Virus record (IMG/VR): IMGVR_UViG_3300009168_000004
Span: 1 to 64,000 of that record
Source of the DNA: a virus
DNA length: 64,000 bases
Reading direction: 5' to 3' (one strand)
A program made the position numbers and the translations under genes. Below are positions 62,022 to 64,000 of this stretch, in pieces (positions within the stretch are counted from its first letter, which is position 1; each line of letters opens with the position of its first letter). Under the pieces are notes generated by a model that saw only the letters and a program-made list of their open reading frames with translations, was not told where the DNA came from and made no database searches.

Positions 62022-63122
62022 CTATCCGCGCGCCCGGAGCTGCTTCTTCCGGGGCGTGGAGTTCTTTGTGGCCTCAGCCTCGAGCGCCACCCTGACCATC
62101 AGCATGTCCGACGGGTCGCCGGTCGTGCTGTATGCCTCGACGTCCACGCCAGCCTCGGTTGCTGCGGCGCGGATGCCCTTCATGTCGTAGTTCCGCCGGC
62201 CCTTCACGGCCGACCAGGTCACCACGCCGGGGATGCGGCGGATGCCCTTGTCCTTCAGCCTGTCCTTGATGAGCTGCTTCTGGGTGTTCAGGGCGATCTC
62301 GGCCTTGTCTTTCAGGCCGTCCAGGCGCTCGTGCTCCCGGCACAGGTCGGTGATCTCAGCGGTGAACTGGGGGTCGGCTGCCGCCTCAGACTCCGGGACG
62401 GAGTGGCGGACGATGCCGCAGGCCTGGGTGAACGGGCAGTACTCGCACTCCTTGCCGCCGGCGATCCACCCCTCCGGGGGCAGCTCGTCGGGGCGGGTTG
62501 CGGTCTTGATCCGGACGGCGCGCTTGTGGCCTGCGTCGTAGACCTTCGGGTCGAACTTGATCGCGAACTCGTGGACTTCGTCCAGGAAGGAGGCGTCCAT
62601 GTAGGACAGGATCGCGTACTCCGGCTTGTAGACGGTCAGCTCCCGGACCAGGCCGAGCTGCATCTGCGTCTGGAACTCGTTCTCCTCCTTGGCCCTCGAC
62701 ATGTTCACGCGGGGGTCCACCGACTTGCACTCGACCAGGACGCACTGCCCCGCGCCGATGTCAGCGATCCCGAAGTCCTTCAGGAGCAGGTCCCGAGGCT
62801 GGTCGATCAGCAGCCCGTCTGGGGTCGCCGACGCGTATCGGTCGTTGAAGGTCTTCTGGTCCTTCCCGGCCCACAGGAGCTTCTTGCCGTACTTCCTGCG
62901 CATGGCGGGGACGTAGAAGTGCTGCTCGAGCAGCTTGCCCCTGGCCCTGGCGCCCCATCGGTCGCCGTGCCCCTCGTCCACTCGCCCCTCGGTCTTCACC
63001 CAGTACATCCTGCGGGAGCAGAGCCCGATCTCCGACGCGCCGATCGTGCGCTGCCGGTCCATCACGAACGTCGTCTCCATCGTTGGTGACAGCGCGTAGG
63101 CTTCCAGGGCTTCTCTAATCAT
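62022..63122 (-). CDS. Cas4/RecB-like PD-(D/E)XK exonuclease
   Basis: GASEIG.C.R, ATPDG, VECKS, Q.Q.Q and C..CP....C motifs. Confidence 0.85.
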   Translation of the reverse strand: MIREALEAYALSPTMETTFVMDRQRTIGASEIGLCSRRMYWVKTEGRVDEGHGDRWGARARGKLLEQHFYVPAMRRKYGKKLLWAGKDQKTFNDRYASATPDGLLIDQPRDLLLKDFGIADIGAGQCVLVECKSVDPRVNMSRAKEENEFQTQMQLGLVRELTVYKPEYAILSYMDASFLDEVHEFAIKFDPKVYDAGHKRAVRIKTATRPDELPPEGWIAGGKECEYCPFTQACGIVRHSVPESEAAADPQFTAEITDLCREHERLDGLKDKAEIALNTQKQLIKDRLKDKGIRRIPGVVTWSAVKGRRNYDMKGIRAAATEAGVDVEAYSTTGDPSDMLMVRVALEAEATKNSTPRKKQLRARG

Positions 63123-63366
63123 GTGGGATCTTGCTCACGTCGATGGTGGCGTCGTAGTCCCGCAGGGCATCGTCAGCGAACAGGAGCGCGTTCGCCCGCA
63201 TCTGGGCGATCCGTTCGCGATTGCGGAGGATGACGACAGCGTTCATTGCGCCCGGGATCTGAAGCTGGGCGGACACCGCCGCCACGTACGCGTCGCCCCA
63301 GAACTTGGCTCGAAGCTCGTGAACTTTTTCTTTTTTGACAAAGATGTCAGGCCTGGGAATTGTCAT
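63115..63366 (-). CDS. hypothetical protein
   Basis: 83 aa with AAGGA RBS. Confidence 0.55.
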   Translation of the reverse strand: MTIPRPDIFVKKEKVHELRAKFWGDAYVAAVSAQLQIPGAMNAVVILRNRERIAQMRANALLFADDALRDYDATIDVSKIPHD

Positions 63367-63476
63367 TCGGCATCTTCCTTCGGGTTATCTGAAGCCCCGC
63401 CGTCCGCGCTGGCACCGCACGCGGATGGTCTGAGGCGAAACGGGGCCGACTGCGTGACCAGCCGACCCCATCCCGC

Positions 63477-63758
63477 TTACGCTGCGATCTGCAGCGGCAC
63501 GCAATCCGAGGACAGCGGCATGCCAGGTCTCGGTCTGCACCGAAACTGGATGATCGTGCCCGTCGGGGTGGCCTGCACGGACTGGATCATATCCTTCCGG
63601 TCCATGATCGACTGCGCCCTGGCCATGATCGCCAGCCGCTCATCGCGCTGCTTCTGCTTCAGCGTGCGTCGCTCCACGCTGCCGAAAAGGTTGCCCAGGA
63701 AGTCGTCCATGGACTCTTCGCGGCGTGGCGTGGGAACGAACTCTACTCGTCCGCACAT
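63477..63758 (-). CDS. hypothetical protein
   Basis: 93-aa ORF with AAGGAGG upstream; start uncertain. Confidence 0.5.
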   Translation of the reverse strand: MCGRVEFVPTPRREESMDDFLGNLFGSVERRTLKQKQRDERLAIMARAQSIMDRKDMIQSVQATPTGTIIQFRCRPRPGMPLSSDCVPLQIAA

Positions 63759-64000
63759 CGAAGCCTCCTTGTCTACGCACAGGGGTCAACTGGGGAAGGT
63801 GCGTGCGCTTCCAGCCTGCCCGACGGGGACCATACCACTTCGGCCCAGCGAGGCCACTAGGAATTTGAGGGTTGTCCCCCAGCAGTGTGAATGCGAAACA
63901 AGCGGAGCTGACTGGACGACTCCAGCATCAGGGGATGGCGGGGATGCCCGTCCTTCGTCAGACCAAGGCAATGCACCGGAATGCCCTGTCGGTCAAGCAT

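Noticed and set aside
20600-63100. Long + strand ORFs (e.g. 25544..27082, 32282..34591, 48431..50254, 49978..51756, 52373..54205)
   Set aside because: Antisense shadows of GC3-rich - strand genes with no recognisable motifs
62022-63122. Cas4 as part of a CRISPR-Cas system
   Set aside because: Stand-alone Cas4-like nucleases are common in phage replication modules; no cas1 or cas2
1-64000. tRNA, tmRNA, rRNA, integrase, transposase, DNA polymerase, endolysin
   Set aside because: None recognised by eye; they may lie outside the window, and tRNAscan/HMM searches were not run

Overview
A 64-kb piece of a high-GC tailed dsDNA phage (siphovirus-like, DUF1073/DUF2213/DUF2184 head module). The host is most likely alphaproteobacterial, judged from the GcrA homologue, the alphaproteobacterial-type XRE protein and the Thivi_2564-like membrane protein. 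Nearly all genes lie on the - strand. (1) 1-10.8 kb: early region of small genes (HD hydrolase, Lar-like protein, amidoligase plus two gamma-glutamylcyclotransferases), preceded by 11 related promoter-like elements with unusual 20-21 bp spacers. (2) 10.9-16.9 kb: nucleotide/DNA modification island with dCMP deaminase, MazG/PRA-PH, an Asp-type thymidylate-synthase homologue, a deviant C5-methyltransferase homologue with Lys in motif X, an asparagine-synthetase homologue, DUF6378 and a UDG-like protein. (3) 17.2-19.5 kb: short + strand operon (VRR-NUC, Tat/poly-Arg peptide, XRE). (4) 20-38.5 kb: tail, neck and capsid genes. (5) 38.5-50 kb: three glycosyltransferases, a methyltransferase, an ATP-grasp ligase and collagen-like fibre genes inside the head module. 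(6) A portal fused to an Acb1-like 2H phosphoesterase, TerL, GcrA, a three-block 62-bp repeat array and TerS. (7) A candidate origin, primase-helicase, SSB-like protein and Cas4-like nuclease. The strongest candidates for undescribed biology are the carboxymethyl/amide-type DNA modification pathway, the regularly spaced 62-bp array, the virion glycosylation/acylation cluster and the portal-2H fusion. I recognised no tRNA, rRNA, CRISPR array, integrase, DNA polymerase or endolysin. All family calls come from motif recognition by eye, not database searches.
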